The translations under genes and the position numbers were made by a program. A stretch of 63,111 nt of DNA, the filler included, from Olpidium bornovanus S191 (lineage: Eukaryota > Fungi > Olpidiomycota): NCBI GenBank assembly GCA_017911155.1. It is 28 parts of 28 records of this genome, joined end to end, with 100 filler letters (N's around TTAATTAATTAA, not from the genome) between each part and the next. Parts side by side here need not be neighbours in the genome. Positions count along the whole stretch, not along the records: positions 51,561 to 53,583 come from JAEFCI010000847.1; positions 53,684 to 54,963 come from JAEFCI010007656.1; positions 55,064 to 56,451 come from JAEFCI010009588.1; positions 56,552 to 58,765 come from JAEFCI010010168.1; positions 58,866 to 60,395 come from JAEFCI010008654.1; positions 60,496 to 61,819 come from JAEFCI010013428.1; positions 61,920 to 63,111 come from JAEFCI010007536.1; 21 more parts are not named here. One strand, written 5' to 3'. Below the pieces are notes generated by a model. The model was not told the DNA's origin and searched no databases. It worked only from the letters and a program-made list of their open reading frames with translations. This document shows, piece after piece, positions 52,397 to 63,111 of the stretch (position 1 is its first letter; every line of letters begins with the position of its first letter).

Positions 52397-53583
52397 TGTA
52401 GTTCAGTTTTTCCCTACTCTCCCCTCCACTTCACCACCGGGAATAAACACAAAACAAACAACGAACAACGGGTTATGAGCCCAAGCCGGACCTGACGGCA
52501 AAAGCGGACCTGACGGCGAAAAGCTCGCGCGCCGCTCCCCCGCCGCCGCGCGCAGCCGCCGCCTCCGCGCACCGCCGCCGCGCCAGTGCCTTCGCCGCGC
52601 ACCGTCGTCCGCCGCCGCGCGCGCGCAGAAGGAGAGGAGCGCCATCCGTTGGCGTCGTGCACAGCCGCCGCCATCACCGCCGCGGCCTGCGCTGCGCCGT
52701 CACCGCCGCCGCTGCACCATGGTCTGACGCTCCCGTCATCACCGCGCGCCGCCGCCACCCCCGCCGCGCGTCCACCGCCCATCGCCGTCACCGCCGCGGC
52801 CCGCGCTTCGCCGTTGCCGCCGCCCACCGCAGCTGCGCTTCCCCGCCGCCGCAGCCGCGCTCCCAACCGCCGCGCGCCGCCGCCGCCGCGCTCCCAACCG
52901 CCGCCCGCCGCCGCCGCGTACCCGCCATCGCGCACTCTCCGCCTGGTTCTCTCCATTTTTCACTCGTCAAAACACGCAGGCAAAATCGCGCTGCGTCCCT
53001 TCTACTGTCGTAACTCCGTAACTTCGTAACTTCTAAGCACGCCGACGGTATGACCGCTTCCACACGGTCCAAGGCTTCTTTACGACGCCTTCACGAGCAA
53101 ATGGAACAGCCCCAGGTGGACGCGACGAAAGGCGAGAGGACGCTAGGAGCGAGTGGCAAGGAAAGCTCAGAAGACACAGCCAAACAGAGTGCGTCGTTTG
53201 TCCGCGCATCACACAGGGTTGCGTCTGACACCGAGAAGGGCAGCGAACTTGACATTGCCAAGCGGCTAGAGAAGGTCGGCATAAACCCACATGCCACACA
53301 CGGAACTCGCGTGTTTTCGGGAAACTACCCGACAATTCCAAAGGAAGAAACAGAAGAGGACTCCCAGGTCGGCCAACAACGAAACGCAGGTTTGGCATCG
53401 GCTGAAGGTTACCCCTCCCGCAGCAAGGCCGTGCTGCAGCCCGGAAAGGGGCAGGGAGGCGTCCGAAAGGACAAAGGGACCGTTGGCCATGCCAACCCGC
53501 AAGACCCGGTGGGTTCCTCATACCACAGTGAATACTCTGTTAACGAAGAAGCGAGAACCTCCGATAATGCTCTCTCTTCTGCC
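52397..53583 (+). mobile_element. Putative nested element or unrelated repeat: TG-start, GC-rich repeats and a gag/ORF1-like N-terminal ORF (53050 onward)
   Basis: Copia RT homology stops at TGTAG (52397). Then come an 18-19-bp direct repeat (CGGACCTGACGGC(A/G)AAAG), a GCC-rich tract, three CGTAACT copies and a hydrophilic ORF open to the contig end. Confidence 0.3.
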
Positions 53584-53683
53584 NNNNNNNNNNNNNNNNN
53601 NNNNNNNNNNNNNNNNNNNNNNNNNNNTTAATTAATTAANNNNNNNNNNNNNNNNNNNNNNNNNNNNNNNNNNNNNNNNNNNN

Positions 53684-54963
53684 CATGCCGGCGCTGCGCC
53701 AGGCGGTGAAGCGACAGTCTCATCTTTGAAATATGGGGGGTCTTTGGCGGCCGGGCGGCTCGCGTCGTCCGCCGATTCGCACGCTTCTCCGCCTGATCCA
53801 AGCAGAGGGCCCACCTGCGTTGGAGCGCACGTCATTTGACGTAACCGCCGGCGCGAACAAACTGGACGTTCGAAGCTTTCAAGACGTTGACGGGCAGGAA
53901 CTCGGCCGAATGTCGGGGTCGTTCGCGAATATGGCTCCAGAAGGAGAAAAGCAAGCAATGGGCGCAGCGAGTGCGACGGCGACACCAGTCCGTCGGCCTC
54001 GGAGCTTTTCGAAAACTTTTACGCGTTTCGCGTATCCAACGGAGTGAGAATTTGGGCAAACGAGAACGCAGGGCGCAACCCCTTGGCCGGCGCAGCCAAA
54101 ATCAAACTCCGGCGCGAGCGTGCGGTCGCGGAACAATCGGAACGCGCCCAAGGCGCGCACTTTTACGAAAAATCTCGCAAAATTCCTGCGGGGTTCCCGT
54201 GTTGCCCTCCCCCTCCCAGAACGCGCTTAAAAACCGTGAGCGCTCTGCAGGGGCGGCGCGAGAAACCTACACCAACGTTTTGCAGACAAGGTCTGGGGGA
54301 GCGATCGAACGGAGATCCGGACAGGTACACTTCTGGCGCCGAGGAATTAGCGGTAAAAGACGCCTGGCAGGCGCGCGCAGCTCCGACGTCCTCAGCGCCG
54401 ATCCGCTTGCCAGTTCGGACGATAGTCGCAGAAGTCGAAGACCCCGCACATCTTAGTAGGACGGCAAACGACAATCCGAGCTGCTCACTGATTGCAGGGT
54501 TGAAGTCCGAGGCAACATACGCGGCAGTGCAAAATTTAACCGGCTTCCGGCGTGCGGGAACGGCGAAACTAGGCCTCGCTTATGATGTGCTCTTGCTCCA
54601 GCGAGAAGAGAACGCCTATTTGCTCTGCGTCAAACCGGCGACCAAAGATTTTTTAAGGTCACGCCGACAACTCCATGAGGACGATTTTGTCGCGCCTCGC
54701 GCTCGCGAGGACCTACAGGCCGTTGTCGATGACGCGCCTTTGGCTAATGACTGAAAAGCTGCCACGGGTGATCGCAAAGTTGCCCAGGAAGACAAACTTT
54801 GTGTCAAACAGTCGCGCGGCGAAGCAAAGCTGCGCCGGTAATAAAACTCAAGTTGCTACCGTCGGCGCTATTTCGAAAGAAATCCGACAGAGATGTGTCC
54901 ACAGGAGACCCTGGACAACTGCCGAAGTGGACCGCCTTCTCTGCCTGGTGCACCTGCGCATGA
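53684..54963 (+). CDS. Probable multi-exon gene fragment ending in the start of a Myb/SANT-like repeat
   Basis: The terminal frame reads CVHRRPWTTAEVDRLLCLV (W-T-x-x-E-x-x-x-L Myb helix 1). Upstream open stretches are flanked by GT/AG. Confidence 0.35.
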
Positions 54964-55063
54964 NNNNNNNNNNNNNNNNNNNNNNNNNNNNNNNNNNNNN
55001 NNNNNNNTTAATTAATTAANNNNNNNNNNNNNNNNNNNNNNNNNNNNNNNNNNNNNNNNNNNN

Positions 55064-55395
55064 GCCTGGAAATTCTTCCACACCGACCGCCGCCCAACGC
55101 ACCGCACGCTACCGTGAGAATTCCAAGGAACGGTTGGACGGCAGCCACCAGCTCGTCGACTTCCCGCCAGGCACCATCGTCATGTGGCAGAACACTGCCC
55201 GCTCCAATAAATAGCAGCCGATCTACGAAGGTCCTGGGCGTGTCATACGCAAAACGGCGGGGGGTTCCTACATCGTCCTCGACACCCGGTCCGAGCGAGT
55301 CCTGGACCGACGTTTCGCCCCCTCACACCTCAAATTTGTAGCTGACCCTTTCGACGGCGCTCCCCGAACGCTTCCACCACGCCGCCGCGCCTAGC
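55064..55395 (+). mobile_element. Degenerate Ty3/gypsy integrase C-terminal fragment
   Basis: FPPGTIVM...SNK*QPIYEGPGRVIRKTAGGSYIVLDTRSERVLDRRFAPSHLKFV, a GPY/F-type module with an in-frame TAG. Confidence 0.8.
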
Positions 55396-55941
55396 CCTGA
55401 ACCGACCACTCGCGCGTTCTTCACCCCCACCATGCATACCCGTGTCCACACTTAGCTGCCTGCAAGTCGGCCGGCCCGATTATGCACTCTCGCTTTCACC
55501 ACCGCCCAATGTTTTACCCTTGTCTTTCCATCCCCGCCATCCGGCTCTCTCGCTCATATTCCCCATGCTTTTCTGAGGACTGGAGGGTAATGCGGCGATA
55601 TCTGTACCTATCCTGCGACATCTGCACCTATCCTAGCCGAGCCACTTTCCAAATAAATCCAGTGTCAAATGGACTACCGGGGTTCTCAGACCGGCCCCAA
55701 CGCGCAGAGATTCTCTCTCCCACACAGGCGTTGTGATGAAAGGGGCGGCAGGGTTCAACGTGCTCGCTCGCCTCCGCCGGCGGTTAAAAAAAAAAGAGAG
55801 AGAGAAAAAAAAAAAAGAGTGTCGCCTTCCCCAACGCCCCTCGCCCACCAACCCTCCCTCCCCCCCCCTCCCCGTTCCCCGCTCCCCGCTCCCCACGCCC
55901 TTGCCTGAAACGCAGCCGTCGCTCTCGAAAAAACATTGCCC

Positions 55942-56240
55942 ATGGAGCCGCCGTCCGGAGTAGCTGCTTGCCGCGACTCGGAACCCCCGCCGCCTTCCGC
56001 GCCGGCGCCGGGCGAGGAAGCGCCCTCCCTTTCCCCGGCAGCCCCCCTCGTCCCGCCGTCGCCTCCCGCCGGCCTGGGCGACAACGTCCTGGGAGACAGT
56101 TTCCTCCTGCCGGATTGGGCCGCCGCGCTCGCCGAGGACCACGCCGCGGGACCCGCGGCAGACATTCCGCAGGATGCGGGGCCGCCGGTCCCGGCGGCGG
56201 CGACGAACACGACGGAGCCGCGGCGCAGGAAGCGGAAGGC
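55942..56240 (+). CDS. First exon of an unknown, probably nuclear protein
   Basis: MEPPSG...Pro-rich...EPRRRKRKA followed directly by a GTGAGT donor at 56241. Confidence 0.45.
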
Positions 56241-56359
56241 GTGAGTTTGGCATTTGCCCTTTCCGTTTTCGGTGGGGTCAAAATGCCAGTTTGAGCTTCG
56301 TCGGTGACCTCTCTCTTCCCCGCGGGGACACTTTCCTATTACCCCGTCGCCGCATGTCC

Positions 56360-56409
<50 letters not shown>

Positions 56410-56551
56410 CCCCCGGGGCCCCCACCCCCCCCCCCCCCCCCCCCACAACCANNNNNNNNNNNNNNNNNNNNNNNNNNNNNNNNNNNNNNNNNNNNTTAAT
56501 TAATTAANNNNNNNNNNNNNNNNNNNNNNNNNNNNNNNNNNNNNNNNNNNN

Positions 56552-56640
56552 CACTGGAACAGAGTTAAACACGTCATGCGCTACGTGCCCGGAACTAAAG
56601 ATGCGGGCCTGTTCTCATCGCGGAGAAGCATATGGGGGTA
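56552..56640 (+). mobile_element. Short Ty1/copia RT-RNase H junction remnant
   Basis: HWNRVKHVMRYVPGTKDAGL matches HW..VKRI.RYL.GT.D.GL. Confidence 0.75.
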
Positions 56641-57379
56641 TTTTCCCGACGAGTTCGGTTTCCCCCCCCCCCCTCCCCCCCCCCCCCCCCAACCCAACCC
56701 CCCCCCCCCCCCCCCCCCCATTCCGGACTTCGACGTCCGACGGCAAAAGAAGAAAAAACGGAAGAGGCAAGGGTTTGGGGAGGACGTCTTCGAGCGTTCG
56801 GCGCCGTCGCCCCAGGCATTCGGGCGCGAGCTTGGAGGCCATTGCGGCGACCAGGGTGGGTGGGGTGGGTGGGGAAGAGGAGGTAAGGGGTGGGGGGTTG
56901 TTCCCGTTCGTGGGGAAGATGGGCATCACGGTGAGCTAGAGGGAGGATCTGGGGCGAAGGCAGCCGACACAGAACGCCCGGCAGCTCCTGAAGAAGCGGG
57001 GGAAGAGGGGATGGGGAGGGGAGAGGAAGGGGGGAAAGTGCTATGGGCAACTTGATTGCAGCCGCTGGTTGCTTCACACGCTGTTGCTGTCGGTATGGGC
57101 CTTGGCCCACCTGCAGGATGCTGCGGCCAGTGAACTCCGCCATTCTGTTCTCTTTTCGGTGAAAATTGACAATAGAGGGGCGCGCACGTGATGCCGCGGA
57201 TTTTGCGGCCCACAAAGATCTAAAAAAAAAAGAACAATATAAAAGAGGACCTCCAGTTTGTTTCAGGATCTGTCGCGCACGCCCGTGATAAAACGCCGGC
57301 CTCTCTTGCTCTCTGTCTCTCTCTCTTTTCTCTCCTTGTATTCTCTCTCTCTCTCTCTGCTCTCCTTGTCTTCTCTCCG

Positions 57380-57415
<36 letters not shown>

Positions 57416-57622
57416 CTCTCTTCTGTCTTCCGTCTCTCTCTGTGTCGTTCATCTCGTTCCGCTCGCCTCTTCCTTCCGCCCCCTTCCGGCCTTCCCCGCA
57501 CACGCGCGAGCGCGCGCGCGCAAACTTCCCCGCTGCCCGCGTCACCAAAAAGCACAGGAAAAAAAAAAAAAAAAAAAAAAAAAAAGGAAAACGCGCATCC
57601 TTCCCCCCGTCCGTCGTCTGTC

Positions 57623-58742
57623 ATGACTCGCGAAAAGGGCACCCTCACCGTCACTGTCGTCCAGGTCAGACGGGGAGAAAGAAAGAGCGAGAAAGAGAAA
57701 GCTAATTGAAAGGAAAGGACGCGCGCGCTCTTCGCCGTTTCCACGAACATGTGCGCCCCACCCCCCCACCCCTGCCCCCCTCTCTCCCTCCGACCAGGCT
57801 AAAGGCATTCCAAAGACGGACTTGATGGGCTTTGGAGACGCCGACCCGGTGAGTTCCCCCCCCCCCTCCTGCCCCCTTCCCCTTCAGGCCCGTTTTTCCG
57901 AGCTGCCCCGCCATGTCTAGCGCCGCTCTCCGGCGAAAGTGGGGGGAGATAACAAGAAAAAAAAATCCCCTCCCGGTGCTTTCCGCTGGACGCAAAATTC
58001 TTTTGACCTCGGTTTGTCGACCACTGACGGCCTCACACTTGCCACTTCCCCCCCTTCCTCCCTCCGCCCAGTTCATCGTGTTCACGGTCACTCCGGGACT
58101 TCCTGTTGGCGACCTCCCGAAACTGGCGGTTGACGCCAAGAACGACAAAGTCCAGCGCACCCAGGTACGGGCGAAACACGCGAAAAAGAATAAAACAAAA
58201 CTTGAAGCGGACGGTCGTATTCAACCCCACCACTCCCCCCCCCCTCTCTCTCCTCCCTCCCCCTTCCCGGGGTTCGCTTTGGTTCGGAATCGGATTTTGC
58301 TGACTCGGCGCCGGGTTTGACTCTCCGCCAAGATCGGCGAGGCCGTAAACCCTATCTGGCACGAGACTTTTAAAGTCATGCTTGACACGGAGGTTCCGGT
58401 AGGAGCGAAAACTGCGCTCGCGCCTTTTTTTTTTTTTTTTTTTTTTTTTTTGCGCGCGTGCCAGGCCGTGCGTGTGCGGGCGCGTGTGATGGGCCGCCCG
58501 GTGATTCCTGAGGCCCTCTGTTGGCCGACGACGGGTCTACGGTGCTCGCCCGCCGACTGCGCCCAAAAAAAAAAAGGAACTGTGGATCAACCTGTTCGAC
58601 GCCGACCGCGGGAACAAAGACGAGCACCTGGGAACCGTTGCCCTGCCCCTCAGCTCCATGAACTACGAAAAGGAGTGGATCTTGGACGAGTGGGTCGAGT
58701 TCAAGGGTGGCAAAGCCAGCGGAGCGAAGGTCCACCTGTTGG
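57623..58742 (+). CDS. C2-domain protein (Ca2+-binding type), N-terminal exons
   Basis: MTREKGTLTVTVVQ|AKGIPKTDLMGFGDADP|FIVFTV...KVQRTQ|IGEAVNPIWHETFKV...|ELWINLFDADRGNKDEHLGTVALPL...DEWVEF. The Ca2+-ligand aspartates are retained. Confidence 0.88.
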
Positions 58743-58892
58743 GTGAGTGGCCGGGTGGACGGAGGNNNNNNNNNNNNNNNNNNNNNNNNNNNNNNNNNNN
58801 NNNNNNNNNTTAATTAATTAANNNNNNNNNNNNNNNNNNNNNNNNNNNNNNNNNNNNNNNNNNNNAGGGCGGGGGGGAAGGGGGGGGGGGGG

Positions 58893-58928
<36 letters not shown>

Positions 58929-59852
58929 TGTTAGGAATTAAAGGGGAACTGAGCTACCGTAGCACTGCGCGCACCCGCCCGGAGATTTTCCCCTTTCCTT
59001 CTCCGTAAAATCCGGCAGATCGGCGGAATACAGAAGCTCTTTGTGCTCCTCTTCAAAACCTCATATTCTACAGGAAAGGTGTGGTGGAGCGGGGCAGAGG
59101 GGCGCTTTTCTCCAGCGCCGCCAAGCCGTGGGTTCACACACCAAGCGCTCGTTTGTCCGGGTGTTCGTGATAATAAATTGGTTTGTTCCTGAGCGCTCAC
59201 ACCGGATGTAACGAAAGCCGACGGTCGAATCAAAAACGGAAACCGAAACAACCGCGGGCGAACCGAGTACGCACACGCGGAAAACTTTCGGTGACGATAT
59301 TTCTGTCGTAAAATCAGCCGTAAAACGAAGGGTCCAATATTCTAAAGGAGGGTGTTAGGAACAGATTGTGACCGGCACATAGCGGCTGACGACGGGAAAG
59401 AAAAATAATGCAGTCCGCCAAACGGAGGACCTAGACGTAAGGAAAACGAGAAAGCTACCAGGAGAATAGGATCAAAATGAATTTCCGTCGGTTTCAAGAA
59501 CACGAAAAAAAAGCTCGCGTCTTCTCTTGGGAAACCGCAAACCGCCAGCGAAACCGACACCCGGATCCACCGCCTTAAGATTTCCCCGCGTGACCCTCCC
59601 CTTCTTCCCCCTTCCCCCCCCCCCTTCACAAAGTGCATGTCGAGGGACAGAGGTGACTCCTCTCGATTTTCGGCGACGTTTTTTTTTTAGTAATCACGGG
59701 AACGCTCTGCCCGAGAAAAAGAAAAAAAAAATCCGGCCGGCAGCGCGGTGGTACGTTTCAGTTTTGTGAAAGTCTCTCTCGCCGCACAGACTCGTAATTT
59801 GTAAGAGGTGATAAACAAAAAGAAAATTAAAAAAATTTCAAATAGGACGTAC

Positions 59853-60325
59853 GCTGGAAACCGCCGCTGCTGAAACCGCCGCCGCGGGCGTATCCGCCGC
59901 CGGAGGCGTGGTCAACGCGGATGGTGCGGCCGTGGAGGTTCTGGTCGTGCATCATCTCGATGGCCTTCTCGGCGCCCTCAAGCGAGGAGAACGTGACGAA
60001 ACCGAACCTGGAATGGGTTATGTAGGGGAAGAGGTGGGGGGGGGTGGGTTTCCCGCGTTCCCTTCCCCCGACCCGCTGTCCAAAGAAAAAAAAAACGCCC
60101 CGCCCTTCCCCTGCCCTACCCTCACCCGGCCCCTTTTGGGGAAGTGCCGGGGGAAGGCGGGGGGGGGGAAAAAAAAAAAGTGTGCCGCTTACCCGCGGCT
60201 CCGGCCGGTCTCGCGGTCGTTGATGACGACTGCGTCCTCGACGTCGCCGAAGGGCTCGAAGGCGGAACGCAGCGACGCGGAGTCGGTGCTCCAGGCCAGG
60301 CCTCCGATAAAAAGCTTGGCGGGCA
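59853..60325 (-). CDS. Glycine-rich RNA-binding protein (RRM; CIRBP/GRP-like), partial
   Basis: [14 protein letters not shown] (RNP2)...[12 protein letters not shown]|FGFVTF (RNP1)...[11 protein letters not shown], followed by [15 protein letters not shown]. Confidence 0.93.
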
Positions 60326-60343
60326 CTTCGAGACGCCGCAAAA

Positions 60344-60379
<36 letters not shown>

Positions 60380-60495
60380 GCCGTTTTTAAAACGCNNNNN
60401 NNNNNNNNNNNNNNNNNNNNNNNNNNNNNNNNNNNNNNNTTAATTAATTAANNNNNNNNNNNNNNNNNNNNNNNNNNNNNNNNNNNNNNNNNNNN

Positions 60496-60927
60496 CGAGC
60501 CGCCTTCGTCTAAATCGAACTCAGTTTCTTCGATCGTCTCTTTGGCCCTCGTCGGCGTGTCGACCCTCGGCGGAGGGCGCAGATTTTCGTTCTCAAAGCT
60601 TTCCGTGCGAATCATGTACACGGGGCTTCGATCCTGAGACGAACACGGGTCCGAGCCGGCGTCGTTGGGTTTCAGCTCCTGCAGCCCGTCCGAAGCAATC
60701 TTTTTGACGTTGAAGCCCCTTTGCGGGCTGCCCATCAGCTGCCCGCGCCGCCCGTGAAGACATATGGACGCAACCCGGTTCGAATCGGACAATTCGCGGG
60801 CGCGCCCAATGTCGCGCGGAAGAGATTGGAACGCCCCCCTGTTCTTCCTCGGCAGCTCGGAATTCCACGAGCGAGACGGCAGGTCTTCCATTACGGCGCG
60901 GACGGTGGACGTACTGCGTGTGGGCAT
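60496..60927 (-). CDS. Partial ORF of unknown function
   Basis: ATG-started frame of about 144 codons open into the linker (MPTRSTSTVRAVMEDLP...TEFDLDEGGS). No domain recognised. Confidence 0.35.
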
Positions 60928-61135
60928 CGAGGCGTCGGGAAAAGTTGAAGTCGTCTATTGCTTTAAGCTCGCCCCGTTATACGGATAGTGAATGCGGGCC
61001 CTTCTCCTTCGCCGGGGCAAAGAAAGTGTCGCTGGCTACGGAACGACACCCGATCGTGGGCTCGCGTTTTATCTCCGGCGGTTTTTGCGCCCGGCGGCAT
61101 AATAGAGGGTAGATTAAGCACGCGTTGCGTGCAGT

Positions 61136-61210
<75 letters not shown>

Positions 61211-61497
61211 AGGCGCTGTCGTCGTCGTCTTGGAGAAAAAATTCCGAAAGAAAAAAAAAGAAAAGGCGGCTAATCCCTAGCGCCAAAAACTAACTCCTAC
61301 GCAGCGGCGTAAACAGAATTGCCAGTTGGGGAAAGGAGGACGTGGGCGGGGGGGATGATATTGAAACTTTTTCAGGTCGACAGCGGGTCGTGCACGAATC
61401 TGGCAACAGCAAAAACCGGGCCCCCAATTTGCTGCCCGGGGTTTTGGCACGGGGTCGTCCGTTGGAAGTCAGCAAGGACTATGCCAATACATATGCC

Positions 61498-61577
61498 GCC
61501 GGGTGGGGCCGCTGCCGGGTGGGGCCGCCGCCGGGTGGGGCCGCCGCCGGTTGGGGCCGCCGCCGGGTAGGGCCGCC
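61498..61577 (+). repeat. G-rich minisatellite, 16-bp unit x5
   Basis: The unit GCCGGGTGGGGCCGCC is repeated five times with 0-1 mismatches. Confidence 0.9.
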
Positions 61578-62369
61578 GTATTTTATTGCCGCGCCGATGG
61601 GCCCAGGAGTCGTGCTAGATACCCACAATCTGCATATTCTTTTGACAGCACGACCGATCAGCCTACGCAGATCTGCATCCTAGATACTAATGGAGCAAGA
61701 GGGGGGGGGGGCACAAGGATCTTGAAGACGTCAGAGTTTATCCACCTACGGTATAGTCGTGTGCGCCACAAGACAATCAGCGTTCTCCAAGTTCGCTCGA
61801 TGAGAACGTCTGCCATGGANNNNNNNNNNNNNNNNNNNNNNNNNNNNNNNNNNNNNNNNNNNNTTAATTAATTAANNNNNNNNNNNNNNNNNNNNNNNNN
61901 NNNNNNNNNNNNNNNNNNNCCCCCCCCCCCCGCTGCTGCAAGCAGGTCTTCCGCGAACCTTGCGCGAAAATCCACACGCCGGGGATCAGCCGTTCCGAGC
62001 CGCTAACACACGTCGGGCCCGCATCGGGCGCGCGCACATGCGGTCCAGGCGGCTCCCAGAAATCCGGAAGAGCTGGGCCAAAAAAGAAAAAATAATAATA
62101 ATAATTGGAGATCCAGATCGCACCACCGCCGCCGCCACCACACAGTAAGTGGAAGAGACGAGCAGAATCGCTTTCCACGCCAGGCAAGTGTAGGAAATCT
62201 GCAATTGGTTTTTTTTTATTTATGTTCGGTCAGACAGCGGTTTCTGGGAATTGCGGGGTTTTTTCCCCCCGGGGAACGTCAACCGTTTCCCGCCCGCCCG
62301 GCGAGGGACGGAGAGATTACGCCTCGCATCGGGGGCAAGCGAAACGCAAGCCGCCGCTACTTATGGCGG

Positions 62370-63071
62370 GCAGCAAGAGGGGGGAAGGGGCGGGGGAAAG
62401 GCAGAGAAAAAAAGAAAGGGGGGGGGGGGGGAGGGGGGGGGGGGGGGGGGGGAAAAAGGAAAAAAAAAAAAAAGGGGGGGGGGGGGGGGGGTGCGGTTTG
62501 GGGGTGGTGTTCTCCCTCCTCCTCTCTTTCCCTCTTCTCTCCCTCTACGCACCCCCTCTTTTTCTCCCCTGTTCCCCCCCGGGGTTTTTTTTTTTCCTTT
62601 TTTTTTTTTTTTTTTTTTTCTTTCTTTTCTTTCTTTTCCCCCCCTTTCCCTAACCCCCCCCCCTCCGCCCTCCCTGCACCCCCCCCCTTTAGGGGGCGGC
62701 TTCCCCCTCCCCCCCGTTTCCCCTTCCCCCCCGCCCCCTCCCCCGCCCCCTCCTTTTCCCCGCCCCCCCTCCCTCTCGCTCTCCGCCCCCTCTCAAATCA
62801 TCTCTCCCGCCTCCTTTTCCTCCTTTTCCCCCTTTTCCCCCCTTTTCCCCCTTTTTCCGCCTCTCCGGACGCGGGACGGGGAGAGCGAGAGAGCCAGAGA
62901 GCGAGAGAGAGAGCGAGAGAGAGAGAGAGAGAGAGAGAACGAGAGAGAGAGCAGCAAGCAGCAGCAGCAGCGGAAAGCAAAAGAAGAAGAAGAAGAAGAA
63001 AGACAGAAAAAGAACAAGAAGAAGAAGAAGAAGAAGAAGAAGAAGAAGAAAGAGAGAAAAAGAGACAGGAG

Positions 63072-63111
<40 letters not shown>
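62370..63111. repeat. Low-complexity tract (homopolymers, GA and AAG microsatellites)
   Basis: Poly-G/C/T/A runs, (GA)n and (AAG)n are directly visible. The ORFs here are compositional artefacts. Confidence 0.9.

Noticed and set aside
55330-55480. Chromodomain after the gypsy integrase GPY/F module
   Set aside because: The frame stops at 55393-55395 and no KW..W pattern follows.

Overview
This window is not one locus. It is 28 short, unrelated contigs joined by 27 artificial 100-bp linkers (44 N + TTAATTAATTAA + 44 N), so gene neighbourhood across linkers means nothing. The DNA is GC-rich, intron-rich, homopolymer-rich and eukaryotic. The gene set (Exo84, Nab2-like, Rpt6, Mrp51-like, Pwp1, Ist1, Rib3, Prm10-like, HAM1-like, an ABCC transporter) points to a fungus. 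An AP-4 epsilon adaptin, a PrimPol-like domain and a possibly ciliary Rab suggest an early-diverging, probably zoosporic lineage (inference). Decayed Ty1/copia and Ty3/gypsy fragments and a dispersed non-coding LTR-like repeat are scattered throughout. Best leads: (1) a Ty1/copia pol fragment with a chromodomain between the integrase C-terminus and RT; (2) an open PrimPol-like primase-polymerase domain with degenerate catalytic motifs I and II; (3) a Rab-like GTPase whose G3 motif reads WCCGGHE; (4) a retained AP-4 epsilon subunit; (5) frequent AAG/GAG 3' splice acceptors. Many contig ends fall on CATG, suggesting an NlaIII-type library artefact. All protein assignments come from manual motif recognition, not database searches.
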